Shown here: positions 1 to 8,190 of the stretch, one piece after another
Layout of the letters: the number at the start of each line of letters is the position of its first letter
How positions within the stretch are numbered: the stretch's first letter is position 1
Sequence record: DRR723986_6241
Direction: 5' to 3' (one strand)
DNA: 26,831 nucleotides
Program-made: the position numbers and the translations under genes
The notes under the pieces: model-generated
The model's input: only the letters and a program-made list of their open reading frames with translations
Databases searched by the model: none
What the model was told of the DNA's origin: nothing

Positions 1-1061
1 TCGAAGATCCGTCCAAGCGCATGGGTTCTGCAGGAAAGCGCAGCCGGATATGTCGGCTTCAGCAGCGAACCTTCGGGTATCTCCACTTCGACAAGATCGT
101 AAAAGCCGTCATTGAAGAGAATCTGCGGGTCGAACACCATGATCATGTAGATGCCGAAGAACATGCGAAACATGTTTTCATTGAGATAGAAATTGATCGA
201 ATAGTCCGACTGCGGATCTGTTCCGGCAAAGTCGAGATACACTTTCTCGCCTTCGCGATGCATCGTGCACTTGATCTTGAATGGCCCGTTGCCGTTGCCG
301 TCATCGCAGATGTAATCCTCAAAGCTGACAGGCTCTTCGCCGATACTATCCATGATCAGCTTGCGCATCGCCCGGCGATTGCGATCAAGCAGTTCATCCA
401 GCGCGGAGTTGAACACATCCACGCCAAAACGCTCGCAGATTTCAACGACGCGAAGTGATGCAACCCGGCAGGAAGCAACAATCGCGTGCAGGTCTGCCTT
501 GTACCATTCGGGCATTCGGCTCTGATGGGCCGCAATCTTCAGAATGTCCTCCTGGAACTCGCCCTTGCGGTAAAGTTTGACGGGCGGGACTCGCAACCCC
601 TCCTCAAAGATTGACCGCGCATTATTCGGCATCGAGCCAGGGACCTTGCCACCGATATCCGTCATGTGACCGAACATCGCCGACCATGCGATCAGCCGAC
701 CCTCGAAGAAGATCGGCATGATGATCAATTGGTCATTGTTGTGGCTGATCGCGCCCTCGCAGGAATAAGGGTCGTTGAGAAGGATGACATCGCCCTCCTC
801 TATCTTGCCTTCATAGCCCGCAAGGAAGCCGCCAAGGAAAGAGCCGAACTGACCGACGACCATCTTTCCATCGCGGTTGGCAATCATCGGGAAGGCGTCG
901 CCCTGTTCCCGAATGCCGGGCGAAAGCGCCGTCCTGAAAAGTGTCGCATCCATTTCCAGCCTGGCATTGCGAAGCGCATTCTCGATCAGATCGAGCGTGA
1001 TTGGATCGACAGAGACGGTCGGGATCGGGGCGGTATTCGTTTCAATGATTTCAGCAGCCAT
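1..1061 (-). CDS. hyuB: Hydantoinase B/5-oxoprolinase-family subunit (N-terminal part; runs off the left edge)
   Basis: Absent from the ORF track because it is truncated. My minus-strand translation from ATG 1061 gives MAAEIIETNTAPIPTVSVDPITLDLIENALRNARLEMDATLFRTALSPGIREQGDAFP...NDPYSCEGAISHNND...FGHMTDIGGKVPGS...EEGLRVPPVKLY. These are the Hydantoinase_B motifs (DPITL, SPxIRE, NDPY..H..D, H..DIGG..PGS, EG..PP.K). GAGGGA RBS lies just after the hyuA stop. Confidence 0.93.
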   Translation of the reverse strand, partial: MAAEIIETNTAPIPTVSVDPITLDLIENALRNARLEMDATLFRTALSPGIREQGDAFPMIANRDGKMVVGQFGSFLGGFLAGYEGKIEEGDVILLNDPYSCEGAISHNNDQLIIMPIFFEGRLIAWSAMFGHMTDIGGKVPGSMPNNARSIFEEGLRVPPVKLYRKGEFQEDILKIAAHQSRMPEWYKADLHAIVASCRVASLRVVEICERFGVDVFNSALDELLDRNRRAMRKLIMDSIGEEPVSFEDYICDDGNGNGPFKIKCTMHREGEKVYLDFAGTDPQSDYSINFYLNENMFRMFFGIYMIMVFDPQILFNDGFYDLVEVEIPEGSLLKPTYPAALSCRTHALGRIF

Positions 1062-1070
1062 GTTTCCCTC

Positions 1071-3125
1071 TCAAGCCTTAACTGGATTGATGATGATGTT
1101 TCCGTGTGGGTCGACCTCTGCGAGGCATCCCGGATGCACGAGTGCAGTAGAGTCCATTTCGATGATGATCGCTGGCCCCGGAATTCTGTCGCCGGCTTTT
1201 AGCTTGTCGCGATTGTAGATACCCGCCGGCTTCATGCCGCCATCGATATAGATCTCCGATTGCCGGATAAGGGCTGCGGCCGGATCGCCGTTTCCGGATT
1301 CGATTTCGATTGCAGGCAGCTCCAGAGTCTTGCCAAGCGCGATGGCTCGCAGATTCACCACCTCATGTTCTGCATCCATATTGAATGTGAACATGCGCTT
1401 GTGCTCGGCATCAAAGGCTTCGCAAAGCCTCTCAAGCCCCCCGTCCGCAAATGTATCGAGGTCAATATCCATCGGAATTTCAAAAGCTTGCCCGTGATAT
1501 CGCAGGTCTGACTGAAACGCGACGGTGATGTCAGCTTCATCGACGCCGTCGCGGCGCAGCTCCTTGCGCACTTGCTCGCCCATTTCCGAAAGCACATCTG
1601 CAATCTCTTTTGAGCTCGTATCCGAACGCTTCTTGGAATGGGACCGCGAAGCTTCGGCGCGGGCCTTGGTCGTCGCATCACCGACCGCACACAGAACGCC
1701 TGGCGATCGCGGCACGATAACCGGCCAGGAGCCCATAAGTTTTGCCACAGCATTTGAATGAAGCGATCCGGCACCGCCAAAGCCCATCAGCGCAAAATCG
1801 CGAGGGTCATAGCCCTGCTGCACTGAGATCATGCGAAGCGCGCCGAACATGTTTTCGTTGACGATATCGATGATACCTGCAGCAGCAGAATAGACATCCA
1901 GACCAAGCGCGTCAGCCACTTTCTGTACGGCCGTCTTGGCAGCTTCCCGGTCGAGGGCGAACGCCCCGCCGAGAAGCTCTTCCGGCAGATAGCCAAGGAC
2001 GACGTTTGCATCGGTTACTGTAGGCTCCTCGCCTCCCTTGGAGTAGCAGGCCGGGCCAGGCACGGCGCCGGCACTTTCCGGTCCGACGCGCAACGCTCCT
2101 GTCAGCTCAGGCACGTGCGCAATCGACCCGCCCCCTGCGCCAACCGTCTTAACATCGAGCGACGACGCCCTGACACTCAAATGGCCGACATCGGTGTTGC
2201 GGACCAGACGCGGCTGAAAATCCTCAATCAGCGCGACATCGGTCGATGTACCGCCGACATCGAGTGTCAGTATATTCTTGTATCCGGCGCCTCTCGCGAC
2301 CCAGAGCGCACCGGTGACGCCTCCCGCTGGACCGGACATCAGCAGATTGACTGGTGCAGACTGCGACTTCTCGGCGCTCATCAGCCCCCCGTCGGACCGA
2401 AGCAGGCTGAGCTGGCCTTTCATCCCCATATTTCTGAGTTCGCTTTCCAGATTGCGGACATATGAACCGACAACCGGCTGCACCGCCGAATTCGCCACTG
2501 TCGTCAGAGCCCGCTCATATTCGAACATTTCCGGCAGAATTTCGTGGCTCATGGAAATATTGAGGTCTGGGAAGACCTCCGCAGCGATACTGGCGACCTT
2601 TTTCTCATGGTCGCCATTCACATAGGAGTTCATCAGGCAAATCGTGATGGCCTGAACGTCCTGCTTGGCAAGGTCCTCCAGCGCCGCTTTGACCTGCGCT
2701 TCGTCAACAGGCCGGATTTCATTGCCGTAGGCATCCATCCGTCCGGACACTTCGACAGTATCCTCAAGCGCCGCCAGCGGCGTTGGCTTCGGCCAGACAA
2801 TCCATGCCGCCAGACCGCCGGGCACGTAGGACCTCGCGATTTGCATGATCTGCCGGTAGCCTTCTGTCACAATCAGGCCGACGCGCGCGCCCTTTCCTTC
2901 AAGAACCGCATTGGTCGCCACTGTCGTGCCATGCAGGAAATAGTCGATCTCTGACGGCTTCGCATTCGCGATCTCGCAAATATCCTTCGTGCCCATCACC
3001 ACGGCGCGGGACGGATCATCAGGGGTGGATGGCACCTTGGTCTTGAAGGAAGCGCCGGTCTGGTCATCGAACAACAAAAGGTCTGTAAACGTACCGCCTA
3101 CATCCACGCCTAGCCTGTAGCTCAT
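1071..3125 (-). CDS. hyuA: Hydantoinase A/5-oxoprolinase-family ATP-binding subunit
   Basis: 684 aa. Motifs GVDVGGTFTD, HGTTVATNA, SGPAGGV, DVGGTSTD, GAGGGSIA, GPESAGAVPGPACY, PTVTDAN and FGGAG. Lies directly upstream of the B subunit. Confidence 0.95.
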   Translation of the reverse strand: MSYRLGVDVGGTFTDLLLFDDQTGASFKTKVPSTPDDPSRAVVMGTKDICEIANAKPSEIDYFLHGTTVATNAVLEGKGARVGLIVTEGYRQIMQIARSYVPGGLAAWIVWPKPTPLAALEDTVEVSGRMDAYGNEIRPVDEAQVKAALEDLAKQDVQAITICLMNSYVNGDHEKKVASIAAEVFPDLNISMSHEILPEMFEYERALTTVANSAVQPVVGSYVRNLESELRNMGMKGQLSLLRSDGGLMSAEKSQSAPVNLLMSGPAGGVTGALWVARGAGYKNILTLDVGGTSTDVALIEDFQPRLVRNTDVGHLSVRASSLDVKTVGAGGGSIAHVPELTGALRVGPESAGAVPGPACYSKGGEEPTVTDANVVLGYLPEELLGGAFALDREAAKTAVQKVADALGLDVYSAAAGIIDIVNENMFGALRMISVQQGYDPRDFALMGFGGAGSLHSNAVAKLMGSWPVIVPRSPGVLCAVGDATTKARAEASRSHSKKRSDTSSKEIADVLSEMGEQVRKELRRDGVDEADITVAFQSDLRYHGQAFEIPMDIDLDTFADGGLERLCEAFDAEHKRMFTFNMDAEHEVVNLRAIALGKTLELPAIEIESGNGDPAAALIRQSEIYIDGGMKPAGIYNRDKLKAGDRIPGPAIIIEMDSTALVHPGCLAEVDPHGNIIINPVKA

Positions 3126-4069
3126 GTCATCTCCGCTTGGTAAGTTGTCTGTTTGGTCTGGGTCTTGGGATCAGGGAAACGTCCGGCGCGGCTGAGCATG
3201 CCTGGAAGCTGCCGGTCGAATTTCTCGGTCAGCCAGCCTGCAATATCGATCAAGGCGTCTTGGGATATGGCCTGGCACAGGCCGTGACGCTGCAGCATGT
3301 ATACAAGGTCTTCGCTTGGCACATTGCCTGTCGCCGCCGGTGCAAATGGACACCCGCCAATCCCGCCCACGCTTCCATCCAGTATCGACACGCCTGCCTT
3401 GAGCGCCGCATAGGCATTTGCCAGCCCGGTATTACGTGTGTTGTGAAAATGAGCCCGTAGCGGCATGTCCGGCAAGGCCTCGCGAAGCTCAGAAAACAGG
3501 GCTTCAACATGCCAGGGATCGCCGACACCGATCGTGTCGGCAATTGCGATTTCGCGCGGGCCTTCCTCTGCAAGTTCCTTAGCCATGTTGACGACACGCC
3601 GGATCGGAATCTCGCCCTCGAACGGACAGCCGAATGCGGCCGAAATCGTGACATTTGCACTGCGCCCATTGGCAAGTGCCCGCTTCAATATTGTCCGCGC
3701 CACCTGAACCGACCCCAGGTAGGATTGCCCCTGATTTTTCTGGGCAAACGTATCGCTGGTCAGGGCGACACATCCGATTTCATCAATCTTGGTACCGAGC
3801 GCACGCTCCAGGCCGCGTTCATTGAGCACGAGGCCGATATACGTCACGTCGTCATGCTCAGGCAGCGCGGCGATCACGGCTTCAGCGTCCGCCATTTGCG
3901 GCACGCGGCCCGGATGTACAAAACTTGCCACTTCGATCCGCTTGACCCCCGCAGAGGTGACAGAGCGAATGAGCTCCAGCTTTTCGGACGTGGAGAATAT
4001 TCGAGCTTCGTTTTGCAGCCCATCGCGCGCGCTCACGTCGAGAAGTTCGCAGTCGAGGGCTGCGCCCAT
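3122..4069 (-). CDS. Hydroxymethylglutaryl-CoA lyase family (DRE-TIM metallolyase)
   Basis: Motifs RDGLQNE, FGCPFEG, ADTIG, HFHNTRNTG and GGCPFAPAATGNV. Stop overlaps the hyuA start (ATGA). GGAG spacing favours ATG 4069 over ATG 4075. Confidence 0.92.
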   Translation of the reverse strand: MGAALDCELLDVSARDGLQNEARIFSTSEKLELIRSVTSAGVKRIEVASFVHPGRVPQMADAEAVIAALPEHDDVTYIGLVLNERGLERALGTKIDEIGCVALTSDTFAQKNQGQSYLGSVQVARTILKRALANGRSANVTISAAFGCPFEGEIPIRRVVNMAKELAEEGPREIAIADTIGVGDPWHVEALFSELREALPDMPLRAHFHNTRNTGLANAYAALKAGVSILDGSVGGIGGCPFAPAATGNVPSEDLVYMLQRHGLCQAISQDALIDIAGWLTEKFDRQLPGMLSRAGRFPDPKTQTKQTTYQAEMT

Positions 4070-4140
4070 GGCCATATCTCCATCACCGGTAGCCTTGATT
4101 ATGCAGATTAGTGGGGCGGCAGAGAGCGGAGTTGGCCATT

Positions 4141-4158
4141 TTATCCGCTGTGCGAGAA
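4141..4158 (-). promoter_or_regulatory. Putative operator TTCTCGC-ACA-GCGGATAA facing the lyase/hyuAB operon
   Basis: Read on the minus strand, it is identical to 4231-4248 at 15 of 18 positions (only the 3-nt spacer differs). It lies in a divergent intergenic region. Confidence 0.65.
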
Positions 4159-4230
4159 TATCGCTTCAAAGCGATCGGGCGATAACGCTGGCAGCGTCAT
4201 ACGAACCATATACCGGGGCGCGGTCCGGCC

Positions 4231-4255
4231 TTCTCGCTTGGCGGATAAATTGACG
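4231..4255 (+). promoter_or_regulatory. Putative operator TTCTCGC-TTG-GCGGATAA followed by a -35-like TTGACG
   Basis: Second copy of the motif, facing DUF1838 #1. TTGACG is at 4250-4255. Confidence 0.65.
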
Positions 4256-4350
4256 CAATTGTCTACCCTCAGGGCACGTCAACTCTACCAATCTATACTG
4301 GCGGTCGCCTTAAAAAGCGCGACGATGTGCAGGAAAAAGGAAAAACGGTC

Positions 4351-5313
4351 ATGAGCAAAATTTTCAATCGGCGCGATGCTTTGAAATTTGGCGGGGGTAT
4401 CGCCGCCGCAGGTGGCATTGCAGCTTGCACCAGCACGCAGGCAGCGATGGCCGAAACGCCGACGCAACCGCTCGAATTCGACAATCCGATCTGGAACCGC
4501 GACAAGTTCGCAAGGCTGCAAGGTAACGTCGACACCAATGAGCAGAAGTGGGGCTGGTATGGCGGCCGCGTCTTCGGGATTCGGCCCGATGAGAAAGACC
4601 GGCACATCTGCAACTTTGAGGGGTTTTCGGTGACGCGCCTCCTGCCGCTCGGAGATGGCAACTATCGCAAGGTGCTGCGCGAAGTCGGCTTCTACCTCGA
4701 CAAGGATACCGGTGAAATTCTGGAGACGTTCGTCAATCCTTATACCGGCGAAAAGGTGAATGTTGTCCCGATTGCCAACGACCCGTTCAACATCACGATC
4801 GAAGCTTATTACCCGGCTCCGCCAAGCTATGGCGGCCTGAACACCGAAGCCCCACCGCGTAGGCCGCTTCTGCTGAACTGGCGCGAATTCGGTGACCGGG
4901 TCTTCCTGCACACCGACATCAATCTCTACTATCCTTCATCACTCCAGCCCGACGAATGGCCGCGCGAGAGCCCCGGGCCGATGACGCAGGTTTCCGAATT
5001 CTTCAGCTACAATTTGTCGAAGGCCGACCTGATGAACCCGGAGCTCACGACAATTGAGCACTGGGGCGTCTGGAACCGGGCCACGCCTTGGTTCCCCTGG
5101 ATGCTCATGGACCAGGCTCCGGGTCATATGATGTATGTGTGCGACTTCTGCGGCCGCAAAACGCCTGAAGGAATTCCTCAGAAAATTCTCGATGCGGCGA
5201 AAGCAATCGATCCGAAATATCTTGAAGCGCCCACTGAAGACTACGGCCCCAGCCTTTCAAGCCTGGAAAATTACAAGCTGACGCAAACGCCTGCTCCGCC
5301 GCGCACCGAGTAA
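4351..5313 (+). CDS. DUF1838-family protein #1, predicted Tat-exported lipoprotein
   Basis: ATG 4351 follows an AGGA-rich RBS. N-terminus has a twin-arginine NRRDALK and a lipobox IAA-C. Family-like motifs G.VFG..P, FEGF, REVGFYLD..TGEIL..F.NPYTGE.V.V..IANDP and W.R..PW.PWM.M. Confidence 0.8.
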   Translation: MSKIFNRRDALKFGGGIAAAGGIAACTSTQAAMAETPTQPLEFDNPIWNRDKFARLQGNVDTNEQKWGWYGGRVFGIRPDEKDRHICNFEGFSVTRLLPLGDGNYRKVLREVGFYLDKDTGEILETFVNPYTGEKVNVVPIANDPFNITIEAYYPAPPSYGGLNTEAPPRRPLLLNWREFGDRVFLHTDINLYYPSSLQPDEWPRESPGPMTQVSEFFSYNLSKADLMNPELTTIEHWGVWNRATPWFPWMLMDQAPGHMMYVCDFCGRKTPEGIPQKILDAAKAIDPKYLEAPTEDYGPSLSSLENYKLTQTPAPPRTE

Positions 5314-5350
5314 ATTTTTGCAGATATGCCGGGACAGTTTCCCGAATTGA

Positions 5351-5380
5351 GAAAGGCGCCCATTCGGCGCCTTTTTTCTT
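5351..5380. terminator. Rho-independent terminator, probably bidirectional
   Basis: AAAGGCGCC-CATTC-GGCGCCTTT followed by a T run on + and preceded by an A run. It sits between convergent genes. Confidence 0.85.
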
Positions 5381-5386
5381 GTGGGG

Positions 5387-6025
5387 TTAAGACGTGCGGG
5401 CCGATTTGAGCTTGGCAAGATAGGCCAGCACATCCGCCTCGCTCACAACATCCGCATATTTCGCATTCATGTCGAAGAGATTGGCTTCATGAGGCGAGGC
5501 ATGCCGGTCTCCGCATGCTTCCTTCACAACGATCGGGATGAAACCGTGCGAGCAGGCATCAACGCATGTCGCGCGCACGCAGCCTGACGTCGTCAGCCCC
5601 GTCAGAATGACTGAATCAATACCGCTCGCCGTCAGCGTTGACGCAAGCGAAGTGCCGAAGAACGCGCTCGGATACTGTTTCCTGATGACAAGCTCATTGC
5701 TATCGGGAGCCAATCCTTCCGGCCAGTTACCCATCGGGCTGCCGTCATAGAAGTGTCTAAGCGGCGCCGCCTTTTGATAGAACCTTCCGCCGTCGATGAA
5801 TGAAGGATGATACACCACGCTGGTCAGCACAACTGGGACAGAAGCCTCCCTAGCCGCTTGACGGACGCGAAGCGCGGCGTCGAGCGCAGGCTGCGGCGAG
5901 GCAAACAGATCGCATTCGGGATCAAAATAGGCTTGCACAAAGTCTATCAGGATCAATGCCGGCTTTTCGCCGAACCCGATCTTGTTGTCGTACACCCCGC
6001 TATAGGAGTCAGTCTGAGACACCAT
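5387..6025 (-). CDS. Isochorismatase-family cysteine amidohydrolase (maleamate amidohydrolase NicF / N-carbamoylsarcosine amidase-like)
   Basis: 212 aa. Motifs GFGEKPALILID, KQYPSAFFGT and GLTTSGCVRATCVDA give an intact Asp-Lys-Cys triad. C-terminal HEANLFDMNAKYADV is typical of the NicF/CSHase subgroup. Confidence 0.9.
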   Translation of the reverse strand: MVSQTDSYSGVYDNKIGFGEKPALILIDFVQAYFDPECDLFASPQPALDAALRVRQAAREASVPVVLTSVVYHPSFIDGGRFYQKAAPLRHFYDGSPMGNWPEGLAPDSNELVIRKQYPSAFFGTSLASTLTASGIDSVILTGLTTSGCVRATCVDACSHGFIPIVVKEACGDRHASPHEANLFDMNAKYADVVSEADVLAYLAKLKSARTS

Positions 6026-6238
6026 CCACTTTCACCTTCTCGTTCCATATACCGGCAGCACGGTCAGCTCCTACACCCGACTTCACTCCTTTATTAGGGC
6101 GAGACCGGCCGCGTTTCACGCCCTTATCGCCCAGATCGGTCGACTAGCGGATAGACTGACCAGAAGCTGCGACATGCTCCAGGACCGTCAGTATCCAAGC
6201 GTACCCTTGTGATGCCCGGAATGTCAGGAGAACCGTGG

Positions 6239-7438
6239 ATGAAAAAAGACGCACAAGTCATCATCGCAGGCGCCGGCCCCGTCGGTACATTCGCTGCTTA
6301 CTTTCTCGCCGAAGCCGGCATTGATGTCATCGTGCTGGAAAGCACTCCGTCCTGCATGGAAGACATGCGCGCGTCTACCTTCCATCCGCCAACACTGGAA
6401 ATGATGGATGAAATCGGCATCGCCCAGGACTTGATTGAGAAGGGCCTCAAGGCTCCTGTCTATCAGTATCGTGACCGCCAGTCGGGTGAGCGATACGAGT
6501 TCAATTTCGCAGAACTCTCCGACGATACGGCATTCCCGTTCCGGCTGCAGTGCGAGCAATACAAGATGGCGGGCTTGCTGAGCTCGAAGCTCGATGCTCA
6601 TCCGAGAGCCAACATGCTGTTTCAGCACCGCATGAACAGCTTCTCACAGGATGATGATGGCGTGACGGCATTTGTCGAGACGCCCTATGAGATCACGTCT
6701 TTCCGCGCCGATTACCTGATCGCTGCCGACGGGGCCAACAGCGTCATCCGCAAGTGGCTGGGGGTGCAGTTTGACGGCTTCACCTATCCTGAGAAATTTT
6801 TGACCCTCAGCACCATCACGCCGCTCGAAGACTATTTCGAAGGCTTGTCTCTGGTGAACTATATTGCCGATCCTGAGGAGTGGGTGGTCCTGCTGCGCGT
6901 GCCGAGTGTCTGGCGGGTTCTTGTTCCTGCGACCGGCATAGAGGACGAAGAGCTTCTCTCGGACGAAAACAAGACGAAAGTCTTCGACCGGCTGATCGGG
7001 ATTGGCGAAGAGGTAAAAACCGAGCACCGAACGATCTACAATGTCCATCAGCGGGTTGCCGAGAAATTCAATCACGGGCGGGTCATGCTGGTCGGCGATG
7101 CGGCGCACCTGAACAATCCGCTCGGCGGGTTTGGGATGAATAGCGGTATACACGATGCGGAGTATCTCGGCCGCGCGCTCATCCAAATCCTGCAAAACGG
7201 CGCGGACCCCGCCCCTCTCCTCTCAGCTTTTGATGCCGAACGCAGGGCCATCACACATGAGTTCATCCAGCGCCAGACCATTCGCAACAAGAAGATGATG
7301 GAAGCCAATACGGCCGAGGCACAGAAAGCCTATGCGGCGGAATTGAAGGCGATCCACTCCAGCGATGAGCGCCGACGGGAGTTCCTCCTCAACCAGTCAA
7401 TGTTGAACAAGGTGAGACGACGAGAAAGGGTGGCTTGA
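6239..7438 (+). CDS. FAD-dependent monooxygenase (group A, MhpA/PheA-like)
   Basis: AGGAG at 6226-6230 precedes ATG 6239. Motifs GAGPVG, ADGANS.IR and GDAAHLNNPLGGFGMNSGIHDA. Confidence 0.9.
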   Translation: MKKDAQVIIAGAGPVGTFAAYFLAEAGIDVIVLESTPSCMEDMRASTFHPPTLEMMDEIGIAQDLIEKGLKAPVYQYRDRQSGERYEFNFAELSDDTAFPFRLQCEQYKMAGLLSSKLDAHPRANMLFQHRMNSFSQDDDGVTAFVETPYEITSFRADYLIAADGANSVIRKWLGVQFDGFTYPEKFLTLSTITPLEDYFEGLSLVNYIADPEEWVVLLRVPSVWRVLVPATGIEDEELLSDENKTKVFDRLIGIGEEVKTEHRTIYNVHQRVAEKFNHGRVMLVGDAAHLNNPLGGFGMNSGIHDAEYLGRALIQILQNGADPAPLLSAFDAERRAITHEFIQRQTIRNKKMMEANTAEAQKAYAAELKAIHSSDERRREFLLNQSMLNKVRRRERVA

Positions 7439-7440
7439 TC

Positions 7441-8190
7441 ATGTCTGACGTACTTGGAACACGCGCGCTCTTCGGTGTGCTTGGCCCATCGACCAATACC
7501 ATCGTCCAACCCGAATTCGAGGCGATGCGACCTGTCGGTGTCACCAATCACTACAGTCGAATTTTCACGCCCAATGCCAGGGCAGTCAGCAATGATACCT
7601 TCCTGGCGGGCGCGCGCGCCATCGCAGAGAATGTCGATGAGGCCGTACGTAGCGTCCTTACATGTGAGCCCACCTATCTGGTCATGGGCATGTCCGCCGT
7701 CACCTTCTTTGGCGGCGCAAAAGGTGCGGACGAATACCGTGATCACGTTGCAAAAATTTCAGGCCTTGGCGTCAGCACAGGCGCGCTCGCCTGTATCGCA
7801 GCACTGAAAGCCTATGGCGGTTGCAAGAACCTTGCGGTCGTCTCTCCCTACTTTCCGGCAATGAACGAGCAGGTCAGCGGCTTTTTCGCGGACCATGGTT
7901 TCAAAGTCGTCCGTGACCGCGCCCTGGAATGTCCATCATGGGTCGACATTGCCCGCGTGAAGGAGGAGACGCTCCGCGACGTTGTCGTCAACGAGCTGAA
8001 TGGCGACGACGTCGATGCCATCATCCAGGTCGGCACCAATCTCTGCATGGCCTCATTTGCAGCCGAAGCAGAGAGATGGCTGAACAAGCCTGTGATCGCC
8101 ATCAACACAGCGACTTACTGGCACGCGCTCAGAACGTGTGGCCTTGAGGACAAGATCCAGGGTTTCGGTCGCCTGCTCTCAGAATTCTAG
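7441..8190 (+). CDS. Maleate cis-trans isomerase / arylmalonate decarboxylase (Asp/Glu racemase) fold protein lacking the canonical cysteines
   Basis: Motifs GVLGPSTNTIVQPE, VVSPY, DAIIQVGTNL and KPVIAINTATYWHALR..G. Starts 2 nt after the monooxygenase stop. Confidence 0.85.
   Translation: MSDVLGTRALFGVLGPSTNTIVQPEFEAMRPVGVTNHYSRIFTPNARAVSNDTFLAGARAIAENVDEAVRSVLTCEPTYLVMGMSAVTFFGGAKGADEYRDHVAKISGLGVSTGALACIAALKAYGGCKNLAVVSPYFPAMNEQVSGFFADHGFKVVRDRALECPSWVDIARVKEETLRDVVVNELNGDDVDAIIQVGTNLCMASFAAEAERWLNKPVIAINTATYWHALRTCGLEDKIQGFGRLLSEF

Noticed and set aside
21-1218. Plus-strand ORFs 21-458, 666-1202 and 877-1218
   Set aside because: They are antisense shadows of the hydantoinase B gene, which has clear motifs on the minus strand.
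8187-8190. Convergent genes sharing a CTAG double stop
   Set aside because: It is real, but a common compact arrangement with no further signal.
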